Below are positions 51,793 to 64,000 of a DNA stretch of 64,000 nt, piece by piece. The notes under the pieces were generated by a model. The model had not been told where the DNA came from, did not search any database, and worked only from the letters and a program-made list of their open reading frames with translations. The stretch's first letter is position 1, and each line of letters begins with the position of its first letter. The translations under genes were made by a program, and so were the position numbers. The stretch lies in contig NC_081363.1 in NCBI RefSeq assembly GCF_030684315.1, positions 51,526,312 through 51,590,311 on the forward strand, read 5' to 3'. The DNA is from Stegostoma tigrinum. Taxonomy: Eukaryota.

Positions 51793-52008
51793 TAATAAAA
51801 TGTGAGGCTGGATGAGCACAGCAGGCCAAGCAGCATCTCAGGAGCACAAAAGCTGACGTTTCGGGCCTAGACCCTTCCTCTCTGATGAAGGGTCTAGGCC
51901 CGAAACGTCAGCTTTTGTGCTCCTGAGATGCTGCTTGGCCTGCTGTGCTCATCCAGCCTCACATTTTATTATCTTGGAATTCTCCAGCATCTGCAGTTCC
52001 CATTATCT
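51793..52008 (+). mobile_element. Young fold-back PLE pLTR insertion in JKAMP intron 1
   Basis: Perfect 91-bp inverted arms 51787-51877 / 51887-51977; TSD CAGATCTCTCCCAAGA at 51777-51792 and 52009-52024; hammerhead core 51882-51912. Confidence 0.93.
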
Positions 52009-55000
52009 CAGATCTCTCCCAAGACTGGGTTTTCAAAACTGTTAGAAGCTGGTCGTAATTCTCACTTGCATAGTTATAGGCAGTTCTCCCTTAGACTCGT
52101 TGAAAATCCTCGTGGAATAATGGGAGTTTTTTTTAAATGTGCATTCTGTTTTCACGGTTACTAGTGATTCAGTGACCACGAATATACTGACAGTAAATGT
52201 ATTTATATGCATTTCTAAAATTACACACAAATAATTGCTTCCAGTCAGAACATCCACGAAGTAAAGTGATTTGCTTTGTTCAGGACGTTATGTGAATTCA
52301 AACTGTTGGAAACAGACTGATTAGGAGATAAATGATCAGTTAATACACGGGCAAAACTCACATGATGTAGCAAATTCTGTTTTGAAGTCGATGTTGACAA
52401 AGATTTGCAACAATGCAGATATACTTCACTTTGTATATAATTTGTACTATGCCTGCCCTTGGAATGATTTATGGTGCCACTTATATTAGCTGTAAGAACT
52501 GGTGATATTTAGCTGATCACTCAAAAGTCATCAAAATTAAATGTAGCTCATTGGAGAAAGCTTTAGACTTTAAGTAAAATTCCAACTGCAATGACATTAG
52601 ATTAATTAGAAGAATTTCATAAATACATTATTGTTGTTATTTAATAATTCTTATTTGTAAGAACAATGGAACAGGTTACTATTTTGTAATACCCATCAAT
52701 GTCTGTATATATTAATTTGAATTGTTAATGTTCAAGTAGTTGCAACTCTCAGACAAGCACAACAACTTTTGCCACCTTAATCTCTTTGGCTTTGTATATT
52801 CAAATGATGACTCTTGTCCTTCTCAATGACTGAATTTGCAAAGTTGTGAAGTGCTCACAGTGACTTGGAGTGGATGCATTGCATTATGTACATTTTAGAT
52901 ATGTATGTGATGTCATGGTGATGAAGGGATTATATTAGATCAAGTAGCAGAAATGCTAATCAAACTAATTACTTTATCCTAGATGATGTTGAACCTGTCA
53001 CATATTGATCTTGACCTCTGTGATATGTAATGCTTATTTGAGATTCAGTATTGGCAGAAATTGCTTCCAGTCAAACATTCGTAAGTTAGTAACGATTTCC
53101 TGAAGGTTTCACCATGTACACCATTTTCTGACTCCTTGGATTTTGAAGTTGAGCCAGACAGCTAGCATCCTTGCTATCTGTTTTGACTTCGAGCTAAGCA
53201 TCCACATCCTCACTGCGTACTTTACTAACTAACCTATTTTCATAACATAATCCTATCTTTGATGCTGTATCATCTCAACTACTGCTGAAACCCATCTGTG
53301 ACCATTTAACTGCTGGATTCACTCTAGGCTAGTTTCCTACCTTGCATTCTTGTTAAACTTACCTTCTCTTCCTAACTCCTACCAACTTATGTACACACTT
53401 CACCTCACTCTCTTACTCACCTATATTGGCTCCTGACTGTACAGCATCTATTTTTCAAATCTTCCTTGTTCTTACTGTCCATACCTCTGTAACCTTCTCC
53501 AACCCAACAGTCTTTTGCGATATCTGATTTCCTCCAGTTCTGAACTCTGTCATATTCCTCACTTTCTTCATGTTGCTCAGGATCCAAACACTGGCATTCT
53601 GGTATTGCAGAGTATTGTGTGTGCACATACACCAGATGGATTGCAGTAGTTCAAAAAGTTAACTTGCTATAATTTTCTCAAGGGTAACTAGGGATGGGTA
53701 ATAAGTGCTGGCCCATCTGGCAACTCACATGCTCTGAATGAATAAAATATTTTCTTAGTAAGCTTTTCCACTGCTTTGCCTCTCCTCTTTTACGATACCA
53801 CTTAAATCTTAACTTTTGATGACTTCTCTTCATATCTCTTTAGATAAATTCATCAGGACTAGGCTACTTGACCCTACTGTGCCGTTAAATAAGATCATGA
53901 ATTATCTAACTGTGGCCTTACACCATTTTCTCGCCTACATCCTATAACCCTTGAATCCCTTTGATGAAATTTCACTGCAACTCAGCCTTGGATGTATTCA
54001 GTATTTTGGTCTCCAATCCTGTCTCTGGAAATAATTTTAAAGACTAAAACTGAGAGGAAAAATTCCTCCTCCTTCTTATTTTGAATGGGAGATCTCCAAT
54101 TTTTATATTGTGCCTCCATGTTTTAGATTTCCCACAAGAGAAAACATCATCTCAGTAGCTACATTGATATGCACACAAGCAATCCTACAATTTCAGTAAA
54201 TCACTCTGTCTTCGGAATGTAAACCTTTTCTCATAAGACAATCACTTCATCCCAGGATTCAGCGTATTGAACCTTCTCTCAATGCTAGTTACAATCATAA
54301 GCCTGTAAAACCTCCTGTATGTCTCAACATTTAGCTTGATCACCTTCCTTTTGACACTCTCGAGCATTTTACAATTAAAAATGCTACAAACATGCAAATT
54401 ATTGCATGTGTACCCATCTGAACAAGTGGCTAGAATTCACTTGCACTCTTGACTTCATTCTTGTAAATGCTTTAACAGTTTTGGAGCGAATCGTTAATTG
54501 TGACTTGCCCACATCAAACATAACCCTGAATTACATACGTCTTTTACATTTTGTGTAAAACAGATTTTTTTGGGGGAAAAATAAGGCAAAGATGATGGGA
54601 ATGAAAATTCTGAGAATATAAATTCAGTCACTGGAAAATTCCTGTGTAGATTATACTCTGTTCCAAGAGAAACAACAGAATATTGTCAAGCAACTTCAGA
54701 CAAGGAAATTTCAAAGGAAGTGATGCAATACAGAAAGTGAATTCTAACCTTGTGTAGTTGCAGTGATAATGGAGGCCAATTACCACTTCAGCAGGAACCA
54801 CCTTCTGTGACTTGTATCCCAGACTGTAGACAAGATGAGGTAAATAGTAGCAGATCTGGGTAACGAACATGTTTGTCTTTCCCCCTGCCAGGAATATATA
54901 AAAGAAGGCGTTTTTAAAAAAAAATTGTAACCTAGATCTGTGTGTGCTAGTCTGGTGTTCTAGTTTTACTGACTTGGTGTGTGCTGCAAAGATCATAGCT

Positions 55001-55639
55001 AGAGGATATCTATGGGACAGGCAAAAGAAGTAGTCTATCTCCCTCTCTCTCGATTGATTGCTGAAAGCAAGTTGCAAGTCAGCAGAGCCACTGTTGCAGA
55101 GGAAATAGGGCATTTTTCTTCAGTTAACTTGCAGAATCGAGAACCTGAGATTAGCAAGGCTGGAACTACTCAATTTAATGGCTCTAGTATCTCACCATTA
55201 CTACTACTCATGAACAAGACAGACTGATTAGTACCTCATTCCCTTCTTTGACTTTTATGTATTTCCTCACTTCTCATTTCTAATCGTTTTGCATTTTATT
55301 ACTCTTCCTTGCATTTTAGGAACTTATAAACTTGTTCCTTATTTTAAAACATAAATACGTTGAAATCGGGAGATGTATCTATGACGGAGGGGAACCCTTG
55401 TATAATAAAACAGATGTCAGAGCTGTGAAATAAACAGCAACAGAAAATTCTGGAGAAATCTAGCTGGTCTGGCAGTATTTGTGGAGAGGTTTCTGGTTTT
55501 GTTTGTTTATGTGATCCCTGCGTTAAGTTAACGTTGGTTTCACCAACTGGGGTGAAGGGTTTGAATAAAGGTGCCACTTACTCCCTCCTTATCCAGGATT
55601 GTAATGATTTGGTGATGTCTTATCTGGAATCTTAATGAG

Positions 55640-55832
55640 ACAAAACAATAGTGCAGGAGCTGGAATCCAAGGTAGATAAATGGGCTGCAAGAACACAGTA
55701 AGTCAGGCAGCATCCGGAGGAAAGGAGAAGTCAAGGTTTCAGGTATTACCTGTCTTCAGCCCTGAAGATGAGTAATACCCATAACATTGACTTCTCCTTT
55801 CCTCCAGATGCTGCCTTGCTTGCTGTGTTCTT
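55640..55832. mobile_element. Old fold-back PLE pLTR remnant in JKAMP intron 1
   Basis: AAGAACACAG...GGAGGAAAGGAGAAGTCAA / TTGACTTCTCCTTTCCTCC...CTGTGTTCTT inverted arms. Confidence 0.7.
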
Positions 55833-56423
55833 GGAATAAGAATTAATTTAGGAGCCTTGCCTGCGGATCAGTGGTAACAATAGTTAATATTGCTGGTCCT
55901 GTTCAGCATCTGACCAATAGTGATCCATGTTAGAAGTCTTAATAAAGGCCAAGGAAAGGTGGTTGAGTACTTTGAAATGGTTATTGTCTGCTAAATATTA
56001 TCTACTATTTCTAAGCCCAAGCCTGAATTTTCAGAAGGTCCTAAAGCAGACCGGCATGGGATGCTTCAAGAAAAGAGTTAAATACTCTGGAAACCTCAGC
56101 AAACAACTTCAATCCTGAACTTTGGTGAAATAAGTATAGTGACTTGGCCAGAAACACTTTGCTGAGAAACTCTTGGCGAGATTACCTTGACTGTGATGAG
56201 AGTTCTCTGACTCCCAACTACCTTTCATTGTACCGGATGTGTCTTTACCATTAGAATTATTTTCCATTTGATTTTGTTCGGGTTCCATGATGTCACACTC
56301 TTGACACTTTGATATCTAGTTAGTTATAAATGGCTTATAATAATTGTTCATTCAAATATTTAAGTTATAATTACATTAAAATTAACTTAACAATCAAAAT
56401 TTTTTAAATGTTATTCATTTCAG

Positions 56424-56512
56424 ATATTAATTTATTATGTCCTGGTTTATACTGTGGAAAGCCAATAATAGAAAGCAGAAATGACAGTCATCCGCAGTTT
56501 GGAGACTGTGGG
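56424..56512 (+). CDS. JKAMP: JKAMP exon 2
   Basis: TTTCAG acceptor, GTAAGA donor; DINLLCPGLYCGKPIIESRNDSHPQFGDCG matches the GLYCGK...G(E/D)CG N-terminus. Confidence 0.9.
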
Positions 56513-56968
56513 GTAAGATTTTTTTTATGTTTTTCACTTCTTGTGTAAAATTGACAATGATTAAAGGCAGAATTAGTCTTTGAAGATCGCTCCTTTTGAC
56601 ATGTAAAGGAAGATTCCTTGAGCACAGATTATTTGGTGTTGCATTGACTGGCAACATAGTACTTTGGTCATGCTGAGGGAGTATTAATAATTGTGTTGTG
56701 CTTTGATATGATTGCTTAGACATTAGCACTATGTGCGAAACCTTACTTGTACTAAAGAAAATATATAATGAAGTTATTTCCGAAATTGATTTTGAAGGGG
56801 ATAAAGACTCTTGCTCCAAATTCTAAAGTTTGGGAGCTAGTTTTAGTTGAAATGGAATTGGGAATGTATGTCCGTGACTTCAGTCTGGAAAAATGTGGCA
56901 CACCAAACGTAATGTAACTTGCTAATGAATATTTTTTTTCACTTTATCTAAAAACACCTCCTCTGTAG

Positions 56969-57123
56969 GTATGCCCAAGAGGTGAAAGAACAGATAATCT
57001 GAAGATTTGTCGTAAATGTGAGGATTCACCAGAACTCTATGACTGGTTGTACCTGGGCTTCATGGCAATGCTGCCTCTGGTTTTGCATTGGTTCTTTATC
57101 GAATGGTATTCAGGGAAAAAAAG
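56969..57123 (+). CDS. JKAMP: JKAMP exon 3
   Basis: VCPRGERTDNLKICRKCEDSPELYDWLYLGFMAMLPLVLHWFFIEWYSGKK; canonical AG/GT, 155 nt. Confidence 0.95.
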
Positions 57124-57849
57124 GTTAGTGTTATTTCAGAACAGTAAACATAAATGGTGGTGTTACTGGGTACTGACTTTTAGATGTGGAGATGTCACGG
57201 TAGGTTAAACATTGAGTTTTCTTTGGTAGGAAATGGTTTGGTAGAGACTGAGGGTGTGAAAGTCATCTTTGGTTTCTGCAGGAGGCCCACGTGAAACACA
57301 ACTGAATATTAGTTCTGTTTATAGTTGACAAAAGACACATTTTCTCAAAATTCTTTGTCTTGCACACATGGGGGTGATTTGTAAGAAACACCAATGTAAA
57401 GGTTAAACAACAGTTTATACTCTTAGGGTGCTAATCAATTAATGAGTCGATTTTGATGGGGGGAGGCATTGCTGTGCAGAATTATGTTAAAAAAATGACT
57501 CTCGGCTTTGTTTAAATTTTGAATCATGCAGCTTAACTCTGGTGTAGGTCTTGCCCTGAGAAATGAACCAAAGAATTGTTTTCATTTGGCTTTGCTGAAG
57601 CAACAGCAGCCATATGTGTGCATGTTCTTTCTGTCTACAGAGAGCAAGGCCCTGTGTATAAAGATATGCATCTTCCAAAATGCACCCATTGCAAGCTGAC
57701 TAACAATTGTAAATTAGTTGTCATCTTAGCATATTCAGGATTATTTATCAAATGCTGTCCAAATCTTGATTCACATTTCACATTGGACACTGTGATTTGA
57801 ATTTCTCAAGCACAGGCAGTTGTAAAAAAAAACTGATGGGACATGGTGG

Positions 57850-59780
57850 TTGTTGTTGGTTAGCCAGCATTTATTGCCTGAGAAGGTGGAAATGAGCTGC
57901 TTTCTTGAATAGCTGCAGCCCAGGTGCTTTAGGTTGACCCTCAGCGAAGGAATTCTAGGATTTTGACCCAGTCACAATGAATGAACAGTTTTTATAATTT
58001 CCAGGTCAGGATGATGAGTGAACTTGCAGGAGGTGGTGTTGCCATGTATCTGCTGCCCTTGTCCTTCTGAATGGAATTGGTTGTTGGTTTGGAAGGTGCA
58101 GTCTAAGGATCTTTAAATTTCTGCAGTGTATCTAGTAGATAGTACACACTTCTGCTACTGACAACTGCTGGTGGAGGGAATGTATGCTTTTAGATGTGGG
58201 GCCAGTCAAGTGTGTTGCTTTGTCCTGGATGGTGCCAAGCTTCTTGACTGTTGCTGAAGCTATACTCATTCAGACAAGTGGGGAGTATTCCATTGCACTG
58301 CTGATGTGTGCCATGCAGATGGTGGTAAGAATTTGGGGAGCCAGGTGTTGAGTTACCACAGTCTTTGAATCCTTTGACCTGCTCTTGTTGCTGCTTTGTT
58401 TATTCTATTGAGTTCAGGTCAATGATAACCTTCCAGGATATTGATAGTGGGTGATTCAGTGATCGTAACACCTTCAAAGGGGCGTGTCATTGCCTGTCAT
58501 TTGTGAGCTGCAAATGTTACTTGTCAGCCCAAGCTTAGATATTGTTCAGATCTCATTGCATTTGAACACAGGCTGCTTCAGTATATGAGGAGTCGCAAAT
58601 GATGCAGAATTTTGTGCGATCAATGGTGAACATCCTCACTTCTGACCTGATGATGGAGTGAAGATCATTGATGAAGTAGCTGAAGGTGGTAGGGCTTAGG
58701 ATATTTTCCCTGAGGAACTCCTGCAGAGATGTCCTAGAGCTGAGATGACTGACCTCCAATAACCACAACTGTCTTCCTATGTCCAGGTATGGTGTGAGCC
58801 AGCAGAGAGCTTGCCCTTTGGTACCCATTGATTCCAGTTTTTCTTACAGAGCACACTCGGTTGAATGCAGCCTTGATGTTAAGGGGTATCACTATCACCT
58901 CACCTCTGCAGTTCAACTCATTTTTTGTCCATGTTTGCACCAATGCTGTAATGCGATCAGGAGCTGAGTGTTCAGGTGGAACACAAACTGGGCGTCTGCA
59001 AGCAAGTGCTACCTAATAGCGCTATGATGACAGCTTCACTTTACTGATAACTGAAAGTGGACGATGGAGGTGGTAATTGGCCAGGTTAGATTTGGCCTGC
59101 TTTTTTGTGTATGGGACATACTTGATCAATGTTTCACATTGTTGGGTAGATGCTTATGTTGTAAATGCGGTGCTGCAGCTTGGCTAGGAGCATGGCTTTC
59201 AGTATTACTGTTGTCAGAAGATGTAGATGTTGCACTGTCCAGTACTTCCATCCATTTCTTGACATTGTGGAGTGAATTCAATTGGCTGAAGACTGGTATC
59301 TTTGATGCTGAGGATCACTGGAGCATGCTGAACAGGATCATTCATTTGGCACATCTGGTTGCAGATTGCCCAAAATGCTTCAACCTTATCTTTTGTCCTG
59401 ATGTGTTGGGCTCTTCCGTTGTTGAGGATGGAGATATTTGTGGAGCCTCTTCCTCCAGTGAGGCGTTTAATTGTCCACCACTGTTCAAGACTGGTCATGG
59501 CAGGACTGCTGAGCTTAGATCTCATTGCCAAGTTGTTGTGGAATCGCTTATGTTGTATGGCATGCAAGTTGTTCTGTTTTGTAACTTCAGGTTGACACCT
59601 GATGTTTAAATATGTCTGGTGTTATACCTACTGTGCCCTCCTGCACTCTCCATTGAGTCAGGGTTGAACTACTGCCTTGATAGTAATTGTTCTGTTGGGG
59701 ACATGCCGGGTCATGAGGTTCCAGATTGTACTGAAGTACGATGCTGCTGTTGATGACTGACAGTGCACAATGGATGCCTA
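57850..59780 (-). mobile_element. Old LINE fragment (family of 16610-18115) in JKAMP intron 3
   Basis: FSYFINDLHSIIRSEVRMF, WWTIKRLTGGRGSTNI. Confidence 0.8.
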
Positions 59781-59939
59781 GTCAAATGAAGGCTCCAAAA
59801 ATCAAAAGTAACCTTGAGAAAGCCCTTGAGTAAAAGCATTTTGATCCCTGAAAGGATTAGCCTATGAGGAAATACCGAATAAATTGCTATGACTTGTCAC
59901 TTACCAGGTTGAAAGTTCAGAGGGGATTTGAAAGAGCAG

Positions 59940-60720
59940 ATAAAAGCAAACATGAGAATAACCAGCAGTTAACATAAAAGGGAATTCAAAATCTTTGACA
60001 GGACTATGAATAGCAAAAACATATACCATAAGGAGTGGGTCTTATTAAGAACTATACATTGGATTTACCTATGGTAGCTGTGGTAGTGGTTGAGATAATA
60101 GTACTTTGCATTCATCATTACCAAGATGCTAACTATGTCATAATCAAAAAGAAAATGCTTAAATACTTCTAAAGTTTAACGTTGTCAAGGAAGTGTGTTG
60201 GACAGCTATAATGTAGAAGTTGATAAGACACCAGGACCAGATGAGATGCAACAAGGATGCCATAGACACTCGGAGTGAAATTACAAAAGCACTGACAATA
60301 ATTTTACAGTCAGCAACCCAAGGGGAATGGTGAAGAATTGCAAATGCTTCACCTTTGTTCAAAAATTTATGTAAAGATAAACCCTGAACTGTAGCCAATT
60401 TAACCTAAATAGTAGGTGAGCTTTTAGAAGTTATAATTTGGGACAGAATTCAAAGCGACATCGGGAAATACATTTTCATTAAGGAAGGGGAGCAGAGATT
60501 TCTTGAGAGGACACACTGCCAAACTAAATTGTTTTGAGATGTTTTGATGTAGGATTAAAGAAGATTTTTCAGTAGAAGTGCTGTAAATGGACTACTAGAA
60601 GATATTTGCTAAAGTGGTGAACAACAGACATTTGAATAAAGTTATAGCTCAAGAATTAAAATGAAGAGTGGTAACATGGGATGTAAAATTTTGTCCTGTT
60701 ACTGAGATAGAGTAGTGTGA
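59940..60720 (+). mobile_element. Highly degraded CR1 ORF2 fragment
   Basis: DKTPGPDEM and ANASPLFK-type remnants. Confidence 0.6.
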
Positions 60721-61064
60721 GCTTCTAATTGCCTACCACTTCAACTTACTATATGATCATAAGATATAGGAGCATGTCAGAATGGGCACTTGTCTCATTT
60801 TCTCTCTGAGCATTGTCTTGTTTTACCTTGGGTTGCTCCTCTCGCACTCTCTATCTATTATTCCATGATCTAGAGCCAGCTCAGTCACTTAAAAAAGCCC
60901 ATTTCTAATTGTTCCTTTGCATTCCCTCAATTTCTTTAAAATTTCCAGGGCCTAATGAGAGCAGCTTCTATTTGCATTTGCTTACACCATGAAGTAAAAT
61001 CTTTCGGCAGTATTTGAAAGATCTAAACTTCACCTTAACAAATTCACTAATGTTTTTCCTATAG

Positions 61065-61271
61065 TTCTAGTGCACTTTTTCAGCATGTGACAGCATTATT
61101 GGAATGCACTGCTGCAGCCATTGTTACGTTACTGGTGAATGATCCAATTGGGCGACTGAAAATCCGGTCCTGCCGAGTGAAAATGCTTTCAGACTGGTAT
61201 ACAATGCTTTATAATCCAAGTCCTGATTACATCAACACATTGCACTGCACACAGGAAGCTGTGTTCCCTTT
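61065..61271 (+). CDS. JKAMP: JKAMP exon 4
   Basis: SSALFQHVTALLECTAAAIVTLLVNDPIG...MLSDWYTMLYNPSPDY...EAVFP; GTAAGT donor; 207 nt. Confidence 0.95.
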
Positions 61272-62822
61272 GTAAGTATATGATTTTCAATAAATAGTAA
61301 CTTTAATTTACTCAATGGTTATGTTAATTTGCAAATTGCCATACATTTCAGACAGGTCAGAGCTCCATCTAGTGTACATTTAAAAGCCATAGTGGAGTGG
61401 TAATCTATTATTTGTGTTTAATAATATTCAGATAGTGGGCATTAACTAGGACTTCACTTCAGCACTGACCAATGAAGGCTGTTATGTCACAATTGTAGTG
61501 TCCCTACCTTTGCGTCAGGAGGCCTGGGTTCACCTGCTCCAGAGGTGTGTAATATCATTCCTGAAGAGGTTGACTTAAAAAAAAAAGTACTCTTGAGCAC
61601 CCACCATGGAATCATGCCATTACATGACCAAACAGGTGGATTAAACAGTGGTCCAGATAAGAGTTGTACCAGGTGCACTACTTTTAGATGCGGAGATATC
61701 TGCTATGAGACAGGGGTATTGATTAACTTCTCATTATAGTTCACTATGAGGGAATTGTCTGAATGGAAGTACAGTTCTGCACTTCTTAAGGTACCTTGAT
61801 TTGAATCTTGTGTCAGAACTGCGGAGCTCTAGTTTGTTTGTTAAAAAAAAAGGGTAGAGTGGCAATCTGCACGAGATCATTAATCCTCATAAAATCCTGC
61901 CTTTTTTTGTATGTAAAAAGCCACATCAGAATCTTGTGAGAGAGTTTAGTGCCTATACCTCTGAGCCAGAAGGCCAAGATTCAGGTCCCACTCCAGGATT
62001 GATGGCTGTGGTGTCATATCCAGATTGTTTTTTTAATAGTATGTTTTTCATTCACTTAGTAAAATGGTTACACTTGTAAAACATTAAAATATTCTAGTCT
62101 GTTATGCGAGCGACTGGATTTCAGTGCAGGTTTATTTTGAAAAAATTATCCAGATGTGAAACATTTCACCACTTAAATTACTGTCTTTTGCCCTTGACTG
62201 AAGAAAAAACAGGCTGTTTCAACAGATGATATGTTACTTGGTTTCCTCACCTCCCTACATAGTTTTCTTAAAAATAAATGAAAAATCATTTGCAGTGGTA
62301 ACGTCCCTACCTCTACACAAGGTGTCTGGATTCAAATCGCATCTGTTCCAGAGGTGTGTAAGAACATAAGAACATCTCTGAACAAGTTGATTAGAAAATA
62401 TTTATGAAGAGATACTCTCCTTCAAGGGTAGGTCTTTATTTAAAAAGCTAATTAGTTTATTTGTTTTCTTTTCCAAAAATATTAAAAGCTACTTATTAAA
62501 TCTCTATAGAGTGGGGGAGTTAGGAGCTTGTAGTGCTAACTGTGTAAATAATTGAGAACAAAGATCATTCCTGTACTATGCTTCACCAACTGCTTTGCTG
62601 AAATGGAACAGTAAATGACATATGTTGCCACTTGTATTAACAAAGAAGAATATACTGTTTTTTGAGCTTATGCTATGCCTTTGACAAGCTGATGGCTAAA
62701 AGTAGCGAGTGAATACACACGTTAAGTTGGAAACCAGTGTTTTGAAAATGGGAATCTCAATTTCACTGCTGTTCTTTTTTAATGGTGTTTTCTTTTGATG
62801 GTCAGTTTTTTTTCATTTTCAG

Positions 62823-63004
62823 ATACACTATTATCTTCATATACTATGCCTTTTGTCTGGTTTTTATGATGTTGCTTCGTCCACTCCTGGTTAAAAAGAT
62901 TGCCTGTGGTCTTGGAAAATCTGATCGATTTAAAAGCATTTATGCAGCCCTATACTTCTTCCCAATTCTGACAGTACTTCAGGCAGTTGGTGGAGGCCTG
63001 CTTT
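62823..63004 (+). CDS. JKAMP: JKAMP exon 5 (gene continues beyond window)
   Basis: YTIIFIYYAFCLVFMMLLRPLLVKKIACGLGKSDRFKSIYAALYFFPILTVLQAVGGGLL; GTAAGT donor. Confidence 0.95.
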
Positions 63005-64000
63005 GTAAGTACATTTTCATGTCTAGATGTTACCTGTGGATTTAGCTACAATTCAAAGCTTTTCTCACAAGGTTTTGCCACAACCTATTTGATTTCAGTG
63101 ACTATCCAGCAGAATTTCGTTTTTAAAGCTTTTTACAACATGTTTTGAGATTTACAGTATTTAATGAGCATCACTGATCTGTAAAGGAGTTTTGTTTGCT
63201 ATAATCAATTTTACGTTCTTTCATTACTGATTTCATATTACAAAAGACATTCTGTAAGTCTATAACCAGAGTATGTTATCCCTTCTCCTTATCTTTAACT
63301 GTTGCTTGGTGTTCATTGTGAATAATCGTGCCATGCTTTTTCTTTTCTTCTGTTGGTTTCACATATTGTCTAACATTGTACCATTGCAATGCTTTAATTC
63401 CTATTTATCTGAATACAACTAGCATCTGGCCAGCAAGGATTTAACCCTGGTTCATTACTTTTTAGTATCTATCTCTTAAATGACATCATCTATTAATATG
63501 GGAATCAGTGTCCACTGGTATGCTGTTACTTCCCACTTTGACTTTTCTGCACCTCATTTGATTTCTTGACTGTATTGTGTTGCCAACTGTTTGTTCGTCT
63601 AAAGGCCTAGCTTCTTCAAACTCAACTTTGGAAGGACTGAAGTCATTGTCTTTCATCCTTGCCATAAAATATACTCCTTTACCACTGCTCAAACTGTTCG
63701 ATATTGGCTTTGAGAATTTTCACTTTTATTTTTACAGTACCTCCCGTGTGCAAATGCATGGGTTAGTGTTCTCTGCAAAAGTTTCCTGACTTTGAGCTAG
63801 AGTTAGAGATATTGAAGAGTGTTTCAGGACTTAATATTTCCTGGGTAACTGTCATGTTAAGACAGGAAATGACCTATAATTCCTGGGTAATGAATAGCTG
63901 CTTAGTAGTACAGAACTTAAACTGTATAAAAAGTTTTGTCTTGGATTCATCAGAACTTGAAACATTATTTACACAGTATGAGAAGAAGGTGCTGTTTGGT

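Noticed and set aside
1-64000. CRISPR arrays, rRNA or prokaryotic operons
   Set aside because: None seen; repeats are dispersed retroelements in intron-containing vertebrate DNA.

Overview
Vertebrate genomic DNA, very probably from a cartilaginous fish (HE1-like V-SINEs, abundant CR1 LINEs and Penelope-like elements). It carries the conserved block GPR135 (single exon, minus) - L3HYPDH (5 coding exons, minus, 345 aa, complete) - JKAMP (plus, first 5 coding exons), with L3HYPDH and JKAMP head-to-head across 121 bp. Much of the rest is retroelement debris. Main observations: (1) the L3HYPDH ortholog has Cys, not Thr, at its second catalytic position (DRSPCGSG), the Cys/Cys pair of a racemase/epimerase rather than a dehydratase; (2) many short fold-back Penelope-derived insertions carry minimal hammerhead ribozyme cores and 11-16 bp TSDs, and one captured 106 bp of nearby DNA, inverted, between arms of two different subfamilies; (3) a sense hammerhead probably lies in the GPR135 3' UTR; (4) a candidate 5-exon, 109-aa ORF of unknown family lies tail-to-tail with L3HYPDH. 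Everything was read by eye; repeat boundaries are approximate and no database search was run.
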